Positions 29,889 to 38,695 of a stretch of DNA of 64,000 bases are shown here, piece after piece. Every line of letters begins with the position of its first letter. The first letter of the stretch is position 1. This DNA comes from Candidatus Sulfomarinibacteraceae bacterium. GTDB taxonomy: Bacteria; Acidobacteriota; Thermoanaerobaculia; Thermoanaerobaculales; Sulfomarinibacteraceae. The notes under the pieces were generated by a model. That model was not told where the DNA came from. It saw nothing but the letters and a program-made list of their open reading frames with translations, and did not search any database. Made by a program: the position numbers and the translations under genes. The stretch lies in assembly GCA_963796455.1 (NCBI GenBank), contig CAWCLO010000007.1:96001-160000 (forward strand), in the 5' to 3' direction.

Positions 29889-29922
29889 CGCTGCGCCTCG
29901 TGTAGACTGTGAAGCTAAGAAG

Positions 29923-31752
29923 ATGGAACGATTTGGACGATACATACTGGTCGACAAGATCTCCTCCGGGGGCATGGCCGATGTCTACCGTGCAAAGGTC
30001 GTCGGAATTCGCGGCTTCACCAAAACAGTCGCCATCAAAAGGATTCACCCCCACCTCCTCGAGCGCACCCGCTTTCTGCGCATGTTCACCGATGAGGCCA
30101 AAATCGCATCGCGTCTGGTGCACCCGAATATCGTCCAGATTTTCGACCTCGGCGAGGATGACGGTTCTCCCTACATCGCGATGGAATATGTCGCCGGCCG
30201 GGATGTATTTCGAGTCCTTCAAAGGCTTGGTTCGCTGGACCGTAAATGCCCGTGGCGGCTTGCAACGAGGATCGTTCAGGATGTTTGTACGGGTCTGCAG
30301 TTTGCGCACGAGTTCCGCTCCCCGGACGGACAACCCCAGGAGATCGTCCACCGGGACGTGAGCCCACGCAATATCATCATCACCTACGACGGCCAAGTAA
30401 AACTCACCGATTTCGGAGTCGCTCGAGCCCGCGATCGCGAGGAACACACCGAACACGGGATCATCAAAGGAAAGGTTCGGTACCTCAGCCCGGAAGCTGC
30501 CCACGCCAAGGAGGTGGACAGGCGATCCGATCTCTTCTCGCTCGGAATCGTTTTTGCCGAAATGCTGATCATGGCGCCGCTGCGCACCGGCGACAACGAA
30601 ATGGCGATGCTCCTGGACATTCGAAAAGGCGAGTTTGATCGCAAACGATTCGCCAAGGTTTCGAGACCCCTTCGAGCCGTGCTCGATAAGGCGCTCGAAA
30701 CGGAGCCCGACCACCGATATGCCACCGCTTTCGACTTTGCCAACGACCTCGCGAACCGATACGACAAAAACAGCGAACCCATGAACCAGGCCGAGGTCGC
30801 GACCTTTATGCACTCGCTCTTTGCCGAAGATATCGAGCAAGAAGAGGAGCGCGACCAGGTGGTGGAACGCGAACTTCGGAACACGACATTCGAGCCTGAG
30901 GTTCCACAAAACACACAGCAGCAACTTCCCGGTGTGCCGAAAGAGCCGGAAGATCAGAACGGGAACCCTCTCAATATTTTCGCCGGCCGCGGTGCCGGTC
31001 CGGTCGCCGTGCCTGCCGTCGAGACCGAACAGCGGCACCGCGGACCGGCAACGATGGTTGGCACCCTCGAAGAGGTCTCGCTGTGCAGCCTTCTCTATCA
31101 GCTCAGCGAAAAGAAGGTCACCGGCGTCGTGGAATTTCACCGCGAACCGGTCAAGAAATCGATTGATCTCGTCGATGGGGATCCGGTCTTTGCCAACTCA
31201 AACGTCGAGAGCGAGCTCTTTGGCGAACACCTCGTGGCGCAGAAAATCCTCTCCAGAGAACAGCACGCCGAGACTCTTGATTTTGCGGCCCGCAAGGGCC
31301 TCCGTTTCAGCGAAGCGCTTTTGGCGCTTGATGCATGCACCCCCAACGTGCTTTTCCAACAACTCGGCGGCCAGGTCCGGAACCGCATACTCGACCTTTT
31401 CAGCTGGATCAACGGGTCTTTTGCCGTTTACGAGGGAGCGAAGATCCACGAGGCCGGTCTGCCGCTCAACCTGAGAAGCCACACCCTGATCCACGAGGGC
31501 GTACAGGAACGAATGCCACTCTTGGTTATTCGGAGGTTCATGGACGGTCGGGCCAGAAAAACAGTCCTCCGGCACCCCGGCGAGATCCCGGCAGATCTCC
31601 AACTCTCGGGTCGCCAGCAACGGATCCTTCGTTCGATCGAAAGTGAAATCATCACCGTCGAGGGTCTGATCCGCCTCGAACGGGACGAGGAGTGGCTGCT
31701 GCGTCTTTTGTACATGCTGCACGAGATCCAGCGCATCGTTTTCCGGGACTGA
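29923..31752 (+). CDS. Hanks-type Ser/Thr protein kinase with C-terminal DUF4388-like domain
   Basis: GGMADVY, VAIKRI, HRDVSPRN, DFG, KVRYLSPE; C-terminal GTLEEVSLCSLL...FSWINGSF. Confidence 0.9.
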   Translation: MERFGRYILVDKISSGGMADVYRAKVVGIRGFTKTVAIKRIHPHLLERTRFLRMFTDEAKIASRLVHPNIVQIFDLGEDDGSPYIAMEYVAGRDVFRVLQRLGSLDRKCPWRLATRIVQDVCTGLQFAHEFRSPDGQPQEIVHRDVSPRNIIITYDGQVKLTDFGVARARDREEHTEHGIIKGKVRYLSPEAAHAKEVDRRSDLFSLGIVFAEMLIMAPLRTGDNEMAMLLDIRKGEFDRKRFAKVSRPLRAVLDKALETEPDHRYATAFDFANDLANRYDKNSEPMNQAEVATFMHSLFAEDIEQEEERDQVVERELRNTTFEPEVPQNTQQQLPGVPKEPEDQNGNPLNIFAGRGAGPVAVPAVETEQRHRGPATMVGTLEEVSLCSLLYQLSEKKVTGVVEFHREPVKKSIDLVDGDPVFANSNVESELFGEHLVAQKILSREQHAETLDFAARKGLRFSEALLALDACTPNVLFQQLGGQVRNRILDLFSWINGSFAVYEGAKIHEAGLPLNLRSHTLIHEGVQERMPLLVIRRFMDGRARKTVLRHPGEIPADLQLSGRQQRILRSIESEIITVEGLIRLERDEEWLLRLLYMLHEIQRIVFRD

Positions 31753-31763
31753 GCAACGACGCG

Positions 31764-33971
31764 ATGATTGGATGGAAGGGGCCGCTCGCATGGATGGCGG
31801 CCGGCACCGCATTGTGGATCGCTGCCGGTCTTATCGATCGAAATACCGAGGTCGAGGTGTATTCGAATGGGAACCGCGTCCACCTGACGGTCGCGGATAC
31901 CGATCTTTCTGCTTCGATCGTGGCCGGCCCGATCTCGCGGATCGAGATCATCGCCATGGATTCCGTCGACCCACCGGGCGGCCTCGGAATGACCATCGCG
32001 CCTTCCGGCGGAGCGGCGTATTCTGTGACGCTTCCGAAGAGATTTGCGTTTCCGATCGAAGGCACCGTCCCGGTCGGTGATTGGGAGCTCGATGAAGAGG
32101 CCGGCCACGGCGGCGTCTGGGGGTTGGATATCGACCTCGATTCGTCATGGACCCTCGAAGCGTCGTTTCGCGGACGCTCTCATCACGATCTGACCCTCAC
32201 CTTCACAGGACAGCCGGGCTTCTCGGTCGCGGTCCGCCGGGGATTGATCAATAACGATTGTTTCATCCGTGATTCCACGGGTTCGACCCTGGCCGCCGCC
32301 AGCATCGATCCCACGCCGGTGGCGGATCTGGGAGCGATCGGCGCAATCGTATCGAGGGCCGCGGCGATCGCGCTCATCCTCATCGGTTTTTTTTCTTGGC
32401 TGCATGGATTCCCCTCACCGGAGCCGCAACAGGCCGGAACCCATCCGCGGGCAAGCAAAGCTCTGGTCGGAGTTCTTGCCCTCGCAGCAACCGCTCTCTC
32501 CGCCTGGGTTGCCGTGGACATCTTCGAAAAACTCCCGCATCTGCCGGATTCCGCAACCTATCTCCTGCAGGCGCAGTGGCTGCTCGATGGTCAACTCTGG
32601 CAGCCGGCCACTGAGATCCACCAGAGACTGTCGGTGCCCTACACATACGTAATCGGGGAACGGTGGCTCGCCCACTACCCTCCAATGTGGCCGGCAGTTC
32701 TGGCTCTCGGTTCAGCCATCGACGCCCCATGGATCGTGTCACCCCTCATCGGCGGTTTCTACATCGTGCTCCTCTTTCTCATCGGCCGCGAGATCGACGG
32801 CCCTGAAGTCGGTCTCGTCGCCGCGACCCTGGGCCTCATTTCACCGATGGCCCGTCTGATCTTCGGCAGCATGTTGTCTCACGCAGCCACGGCAACCGCA
32901 CTGCTCGCCGCCTTGTGGTTGGTAATGCTCGCGCGCCGCAGGGCCAGTCATGCCCTGGCGCTTTGTGCCGGAATTGCATCCGGTTTCGCCTTCGGAATGC
33001 GGCCCCTTTCTGCGTTCGCAACGGCAATCCCCCTGGCCGGGTTTCTGCTGATTCACGCGGAGAAAAGGCGAGAGCTTCAGCCGCCGCCCGGGCTCGTGCT
33101 CGGTTTCATCGCCGGAGGCACTGCTGCTGCGGTTCCAGCACTGCTTGCCAATCGCCTCATCACGGGCTCGATCACAGCCTTTCCCTACGCGTTGCAACAA
33201 AAATCGATGTACACCATGGCCAATATCCCCTTCGGGATCCGCAATCTGGATGCCCAACTCGTCTCCACTGCCAACACCCTCTTTGGTTGGGGCTGGGACT
33301 GGGTGCACGGGGTGATCCCGGCGGCGCTGGCGCTGTCGTGTGCGATGGTCCCCTTCCTGTTGCGACGAAACAAAACGGGTGATTGGCTGCTGCTGGCGAT
33401 GGTCCTGTCTCTTCTGGTGGCCAACCTCGGTCTGCGAGGCCACGGGCTGCATGGATTCGGGCCCCGGTATCACTTCGAGGCCTTTGCGCCTCTCTTTCTT
33501 CTGACCGCTCGAGGCCTTTTCGAGCTGGCACGCCCCCGGCCGTCCGCGATGATCCGCGAGCGACGGGTCCCGCTCATCGCCGCCATGGCCTTGTTCTTTT
33601 TGCTCTGCCTGCCGGCCGGAGCGATCCTCCCCCACCGTCTCGGGCTTTACCGTTCTTACAACGGAGTCGACTCATCGCTCGAAAGGCAGATCGAGGCCGC
33701 TGGAGTGGGGGAAGCTGTCATCCTCCTGCCAACCGGCAACTGGCGGGGTTGGGCCACGGCGGTACGGATGGGAGGCGCCGACCCCGAGGCTCCAATCCTC
33801 TTCCTGGAGGGAGATCCCGGCGACCCGCAGGTATTTTCGATCGCTGGAGGTCGTCCAGTTTTTGTCTGGGACGAGCCATTCTTACGACCCGTCCTGCCTG
33901 CGACCTCTTTGGAAAGGGAGCAAGGGGGAAAGGTGGAAAGGGAGTTCGCAGATACGCACCCAGGGTCCTGA
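31764..33971 (+). CDS. GT-C fold membrane glycosyltransferase (ArnT/PMT-like)
   Basis: Many TM segments; PHLPDSATYLLQA, YPPMWP, GPRY. Confidence 0.75.
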   Translation: MIGWKGPLAWMAAGTALWIAAGLIDRNTEVEVYSNGNRVHLTVADTDLSASIVAGPISRIEIIAMDSVDPPGGLGMTIAPSGGAAYSVTLPKRFAFPIEGTVPVGDWELDEEAGHGGVWGLDIDLDSSWTLEASFRGRSHHDLTLTFTGQPGFSVAVRRGLINNDCFIRDSTGSTLAAASIDPTPVADLGAIGAIVSRAAAIALILIGFFSWLHGFPSPEPQQAGTHPRASKALVGVLALAATALSAWVAVDIFEKLPHLPDSATYLLQAQWLLDGQLWQPATEIHQRLSVPYTYVIGERWLAHYPPMWPAVLALGSAIDAPWIVSPLIGGFYIVLLFLIGREIDGPEVGLVAATLGLISPMARLIFGSMLSHAATATALLAALWLVMLARRRASHALALCAGIASGFAFGMRPLSAFATAIPLAGFLLIHAEKRRELQPPPGLVLGFIAGGTAAAVPALLANRLITGSITAFPYALQQKSMYTMANIPFGIRNLDAQLVSTANTLFGWGWDWVHGVIPAALALSCAMVPFLLRRNKTGDWLLLAMVLSLLVANLGLRGHGLHGFGPRYHFEAFAPLFLLTARGLFELARPRPSAMIRERRVPLIAAMALFFLLCLPAGAILPHRLGLYRSYNGVDSSLERQIEAAGVGEAVILLPTGNWRGWATAVRMGGADPEAPILFLEGDPGDPQVFSIAGGRPVFVWDEPFLRPVLPATSLEREQGGKVEREFADTHPGS

Positions 33972-34036
33972 ACGCAGAGGGTCCCTTCTCACCACGACTC
34001 CGGAGTCTTGCGGGTTTCTGTCATGATGATTTGGCG

Positions 34037-34996
34037 ATGACCGACGGATCACGACCCTGGAGGCCAAGCTATCACCGGATGGCGAGAAGCGGTGAGCTTG
34101 CCGAGCGGGCCCGGCAGCTCGACGAGATGTTGGTCGACTGCACGGTTTGTCCTCGAAAGTGCAGAGTCGACCGCCACAGCGATCTCGGGGATTGCGCCAC
34201 CGGCGCGAAGGCTGTCGTCGCCTCGTGGAACCCTCACCATGGTGAGGAGCCGGTGCTCTCATGCCGCCGTGGATCGGGCACCGTCTTTCTTGCCAACTGC
34301 AACCTGAGCTGTGTCTTCTGTCAAAATCACGAAATTTCCCAGCTGCCTCGAGCATTCAGTGATCGCGCGAGTTCTGACGCGGAGCTGGCAGCGATCTTCC
34401 TCGATCTTCAGGATCGAGGCTGCCACAACATCAACTGGGTCTCGCCGACCCACCAGGTGCCACAACTCGTCAGGGCACTTACGATCGCGGTCCACAGAGG
34501 GCTCGACCTGCCGATCGTGTACAACAGCAACGGCTACGACGCACCAGAGACGCTGCGTCTGCTCGACGGCGTCATCGACATCTACATGCCGGACCTCAAA
34601 TACGCGGACTCCGACACAGGCTGCCGACTCTCCGGTGTGGATGATTACCCGTTGCGAGCGCGTGCGGCCTTGAAGGAGATGCACCGCCAGGTTGCGGATA
34701 CCTGGCAGATCGGACCGGAAGGTGAACTGCAACGAGGGATTCTTATACGAATGCTCGTGCTCCCGGGCGGGCTCGCCGGGATCGAGGAGAATATCGAATG
34801 GATCTCACACGAGCTCTCGCCCCGAGTGACGATCTCCCTCCTCGCCCAATACCACCCCTCACATAGGGTCCCGCGCAGCCCCGCCCTGCACGATCTCGAC
34901 CGGACAGTCAACCGTGACGAATGGCGGCTCGCGGTGGGGGCCCTCCGCCAATACATGGAGGGTGACAGGCACTACGTTCAGGGAGTGAATATGTGA
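34037..34996 (+). CDS. Radical SAM protein (PflX-like)
   Basis: CTVCPRKC, HHGEEP, CNLSCVFCQN, DIYMPDLKY. Confidence 0.92.
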   Translation: MTDGSRPWRPSYHRMARSGELAERARQLDEMLVDCTVCPRKCRVDRHSDLGDCATGAKAVVASWNPHHGEEPVLSCRRGSGTVFLANCNLSCVFCQNHEISQLPRAFSDRASSDAELAAIFLDLQDRGCHNINWVSPTHQVPQLVRALTIAVHRGLDLPIVYNSNGYDAPETLRLLDGVIDIYMPDLKYADSDTGCRLSGVDDYPLRARAALKEMHRQVADTWQIGPEGELQRGILIRMLVLPGGLAGIEENIEWISHELSPRVTISLLAQYHPSHRVPRSPALHDLDRTVNRDEWRLAVGALRQYMEGDRHYVQGVNM

Positions 34997-35024
34997 GGCA
35001 GTAGCTGCCGGACGAAGAGGTTTT

Positions 35025-35110
35025 ATCCGATCCCGTTGCCGATCCCGTTTCGGCCGTTTGTTTGCCGGATAGGGATCGAGAACGGGATCGGGAACGGAGT
35101 CGGGCACGGG
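35025..35110. repeat. Inverted hexamer tandem repeats (CCGATC.../...GGGATC)
   Basis: TCCGATCCCGTTGCCGATCCCG ... CGGGATCGGGAACGGAGTCGGG. Confidence 0.6.
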
Positions 35111-35123
35111 TACACTGTCCCTC

Positions 35124-37793
35124 ATGAACGACAAGAAACGCAAAACGTTGTATCTGATCGATGGGCCGAATATGGCATTCCGCGCGTTCTTCGCGATCGG
35201 CGGAATGACGAACTCGCGGGGCCTCCCCACCAATGCACTCTTCGGTTTTACGAATATGCTGATCAAGCTGATCCGAGACGAAGAGCCCGATTTCCTCGCG
35301 ATTACCTGGGACCCGAAGGGAGGGACCTTTCGTGACCGCCTTTTCCCGGATTACAAAGGCACCCGATCAGAGATGCCCGGCGCCCTCCGCGAACAGATGC
35401 CACATTTTTCCAGGATTGCCGAAGCCTTCGGCGTGCCCTTTCTGTGCATCGATGACTTCGAGGCCGACGATGTGATGGGCACACTCGCGCGTCGGTACGA
35501 GGACGAAATCGATGTCGTTCTGGTGACCTCGGACAAAGATCTGATGCAACTCGTTTCCGACCACATCACCCTGTTCGACTCGATGAAGGACCGCAAGATT
35601 TCATTTCCGGAGGTCGACGAAAAGTTCGGGTGCCCGCCGCATCTGGTACCGGATGCCCTTGGGATCTGGGGTGACTCGTCAGACAACATCCCTGGAGTCA
35701 AGGGGATCGGTGAAAAAGGCGCCAAGGCGCTCCTGGCGAAATGGCAAGGGCTCGAGGAGATTTACGCCAATATCGATGCTGTGACCCCCCCGGGCGCGAA
35801 AGCAAAGCTCGAAAACAACCGCGACAACGCGTTTCTCTCCCGAGACCTGGCCACCATTCGCGTCGACGCCCCGGTCGAGATCGATCTCGAGGATCTGAAG
35901 CTCCACTACCCGCCACCGGAAGATCGAGCTCAGGAGATCTTTGGCGATCTGGAGTTCCGAGGTCTGCTCAAACAATTCGGCGGCGAATTGGCGGGGGTCG
36001 ACCGCAGCAACTATCGAATGGTGGTCACCGAGGAAGAGCTTCGCGCGATGCGCGCATCGCTCGAGGACAGCGGGCGTTTTGCCCTCGACACCGAAACCAC
36101 ATCCCTCGATGCCATGAGGGCGGAGCTGGTAGGCCTTTCGTTTTGTTGTGACGACAAGATCGCGTTTTATGTGCCGGTGGCCCACGCCACCCTGGACTAT
36201 CAGCTCGACTGGAAGACCGTACGATCGGAGATGGCGGCACTGCTCGAGGACCCCTCTATCGGAAAAACCGGCCAACACCTCAAATACGATCTCAAGATCC
36301 TCGCCCGCCACGGGGTGGATCTCGATGGCATCGACGGCGACACCCTGCTCGCCGATTATCTACTGAGCCCCGACCGGCGTTCGCACAAGCTCGACGATCT
36401 CGCCCTGATCCATCTTTCCCACCGGATGATTCCCTACAAAGAGGTCGCCGGGGACAAGGAGAGCTTTGCCCAGGTGCCGCTCGACGAGGCCCGTGATTAC
36501 GCTGCAGAGGATGCCCATATCACCTGGCTCCTCGACGCCAAACTCACACCGACCCTGAAGTCTGACGGGCTCGAGTCTCTCTACCGGGATCTCGAGATCC
36601 CATTGATCCGGGTCCTGGCCCGGATGGAAATGAACGGCATCGAGGTCGACCGGGAGGTTTTGAACGAGTTGTCGACCGAGCTTGCGGCAGGCATTGCCGA
36701 AGCGGAGGCACGCTGCTTCGAAGCAGCCGGTGAGGAATTCAAGATCGGTTCGGTCAAACAACTGCGCGAAATCCTCTTCGAAAAGCTCGAATTACCGGTG
36801 ATCAAGAAGACCAAAACCGGACCATCCACCAACGAACAGGTGCTCTCTGAACTCGCCATTCAGCATCCTCTACCGCGCGCGATCCTCGACTATCGCTCAC
36901 TGGTCAAGCTCAAAAACACCTACGTCGATCCCCTGCCCGAAATGATCAATCCGGATACCGGCCGGATCCACACTCACTATTCGCAGACCACCGCCGCGAC
37001 CGGAAGGCTCTCTTCCACCGATCCCAACCTCCAGAACATCCCGGTTCGAACCGAGGAGGGTCGGCGCATCCGGACCGCGTTCGTCGCGCCAAAAGGCAGA
37101 GTGCTTCTGGCTGCTGACTATTCGCAGATCGAACTCCGAATCCTCGCCCACCTGTGCGGAGGGGTCGGCGGCTTTGCCGACGCTTTCGAACGTGGCGCCG
37201 ATGTCCATCGCGAGACTGCAGCTGGGCTTTTCGACCTCGCACCGGAAGACGTGACCCGCGAAATGAGGACCATCGCCAAAGCGGTCAACTTCGGCATCAT
37301 CTACGGCCAGAGTGCTTTTGGTCTGGCCCAGACCCAACGCATCTCGCGTGGTGAGGCTGCCGACTACATCAAGCGATACAAAGAGCGTTTTCCCGAGATC
37401 GAAGACTACCGCCAGCGTACTCTCGCGGCTGCCGCCGAAAACGGCTATGTGGAGACGCTGATGGGCCGGCGGCGACCGGTGCCGGATCTCGCCAGTGGAA
37501 ATTTCATGGCCCGCGCCGCCGCCGAAAGGGTGGCGGTCAACACCCCGGTTCAGGGTTCGGCGGCCGATCTCATCAAAAAGGCAATGCTGACGGTGGATGC
37601 CCGCCTCCAATCGGAGTTCTCCGGCCAGCTTTTGTTGCTTCAGGTCCATGACGAGCTACTTCTGGAAGTGGACAAGGACCTGGTCGACGACGTCACTGAG
37701 ATGGTTCGCCACGAGATGGTGTCCGCCATGAAGCTCTCGGTGCCGTTGGTGGTTGACGTGGGAATCGGGAAGAATTGGGATGAGGCGCATTGA
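35124..37793 (+). CDS. polA: DNA polymerase I
   Basis: 5'-3' exonuclease (FEADD, DKDL, GDSSDNIPGV), DTET 3'-5' exonuclease, TGRLSS.DPNLQNIP, ADYSQIELR, QVHDEL. Confidence 0.99.
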   Translation: MNDKKRKTLYLIDGPNMAFRAFFAIGGMTNSRGLPTNALFGFTNMLIKLIRDEEPDFLAITWDPKGGTFRDRLFPDYKGTRSEMPGALREQMPHFSRIAEAFGVPFLCIDDFEADDVMGTLARRYEDEIDVVLVTSDKDLMQLVSDHITLFDSMKDRKISFPEVDEKFGCPPHLVPDALGIWGDSSDNIPGVKGIGEKGAKALLAKWQGLEEIYANIDAVTPPGAKAKLENNRDNAFLSRDLATIRVDAPVEIDLEDLKLHYPPPEDRAQEIFGDLEFRGLLKQFGGELAGVDRSNYRMVVTEEELRAMRASLEDSGRFALDTETTSLDAMRAELVGLSFCCDDKIAFYVPVAHATLDYQLDWKTVRSEMAALLEDPSIGKTGQHLKYDLKILARHGVDLDGIDGDTLLADYLLSPDRRSHKLDDLALIHLSHRMIPYKEVAGDKESFAQVPLDEARDYAAEDAHITWLLDAKLTPTLKSDGLESLYRDLEIPLIRVLARMEMNGIEVDREVLNELSTELAAGIAEAEARCFEAAGEEFKIGSVKQLREILFEKLELPVIKKTKTGPSTNEQVLSELAIQHPLPRAILDYRSLVKLKNTYVDPLPEMINPDTGRIHTHYSQTTAATGRLSSTDPNLQNIPVRTEEGRRIRTAFVAPKGRVLLAADYSQIELRILAHLCGGVGGFADAFERGADVHRETAAGLFDLAPEDVTREMRTIAKAVNFGIIYGQSAFGLAQTQRISRGEAADYIKRYKERFPEIEDYRQRTLAAAAENGYVETLMGRRRPVPDLASGNFMARAAAERVAVNTPVQGSAADLIKKAMLTVDARLQSEFSGQLLLLQVHDELLLEVDKDLVDDVTEMVRHEMVSAMKLSVPLVVDVGIGKNWDEAH

Positions 37794-37817
37794 TGAATTT
37801 GGAGTTAGGAATTAGGA

Positions 37818-38345
37818 ATCACTCTTGTCCAAGACAGTGTCTCGGACAATGATCAGGGACGGCGACAGTGATCAGCGTCAGCGACAGGCAACAGCGAACA
37901 GTGAGCAGCGACAGGGAACAGCGGTCAGCGATCGGCGGCAGCGGTCAAGACTCCAGGCGACGCAGTGGCCACCTTCGGGTCGTTCAACAGAAGGGGCCGC
38001 CACCCCGGCTTGTGGGTATGGGCATGAACGACCCGGAGGTGACCATGTCCCCAGCCGCCACGAACACCAACCTCGTTGCCCTCTCGAAAGCCCTCGAAGC
38101 AGCGGGAATCGCGATCAAGCTCGTGATGAGGGCTCCAGACCAGTCAAACGTGACGCTGACTACTGTTCGCTGACGCTGAAAACTGATCGCTGCTCACTGT
38201 CGCTGTCGCTGGACACTGTCGCTGCCGCTGCATTTCGGGATCGGGAACGGGCCTATCGCCAACGGATATGCCAACAACCAACCCGTACACCACGGGTTGT
38301 CAGGTGGGAAACTTCAAGTAACGATCTGTTTCGGACAGCAGTGAT
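37818..38345 (-). mobile_element. Nested TIR element family A, copy 4 (core inverted; 5' fragment of four-helix-bundle gene)
   Basis: ATCACTCTTGTCCAAGACAG ... CTGTTTCGGACAGCAGTGAT; inside (TTAGGAA)n heptamers. Confidence 0.88.
38045..38137 (+). pseudogene. Four-helix-bundle (23S-IVS/Avd-like) gene, N-terminal fragment
   Basis: GGAGGT RBS then MSPAATNTNLVALSKALEAAGIAIKLVMRAP; homologous to the start at 42955. Confidence 0.7.
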
Positions 38346-38462
38346 TGGGAATGAGGAAACGGGAGTTTCGGATTTCGGATTTCTGAACGACACCCTCACG
38401 AAAGGGAGTGATTTCGATTGCTCCGGGCCGGGGAAAGAGGCCCGGCGAAAACGGGCAACCGG

Positions 38463-38491
38463 TTGACCACGACCCACCGCGGGCGTAGTGT
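38463..38491 (+). promoter_or_regulatory. Sigma70-like promoter TTGACC-N17-TAGTGT
   Basis: Exact 17-nt spacing, immediately upstream of the riboswitch. Confidence 0.55.
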
Positions 38492-38497
38492 GAATTC

Positions 38498-38669
38498 AAC
38501 AGAGCGACATCAGGGAAGTCCGGTGAAAATCCGGCGCGGCCCCCGCCACTGTGACCGGGTACGAATCGTTCACGAGAGACGCCATCGGAGTTCATCTCAG
38601 CCACTGGTCGGATTTCGACTGGGAAGGCGAACGGTTACGGCTGATCCGGGAGCCAGGAGACCGGCCGTT
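38498..38669 (+). ncRNA. Cobalamin riboswitch
   Basis: AGGGAAGTCCGGTGAAAATCCGGCGCGGCCCCCGCCACTGT ... GCCACTG...GGGAAGG ... GAGCCAGGAGACCGGCC (B12 box) upstream of a TonB receptor. Confidence 0.95.
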
Positions 38670-38695
38670 CTGAAAAACGAAACGGGAGGTTTCTG

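Noticed and set aside
33383..34996. Radical SAM as a RiPP maturase for the Cys-repeat protein
   Set aside because: It is a PflX-type enzyme without a SPASM/RRE domain, lies ~6 kb away and is separated by polA
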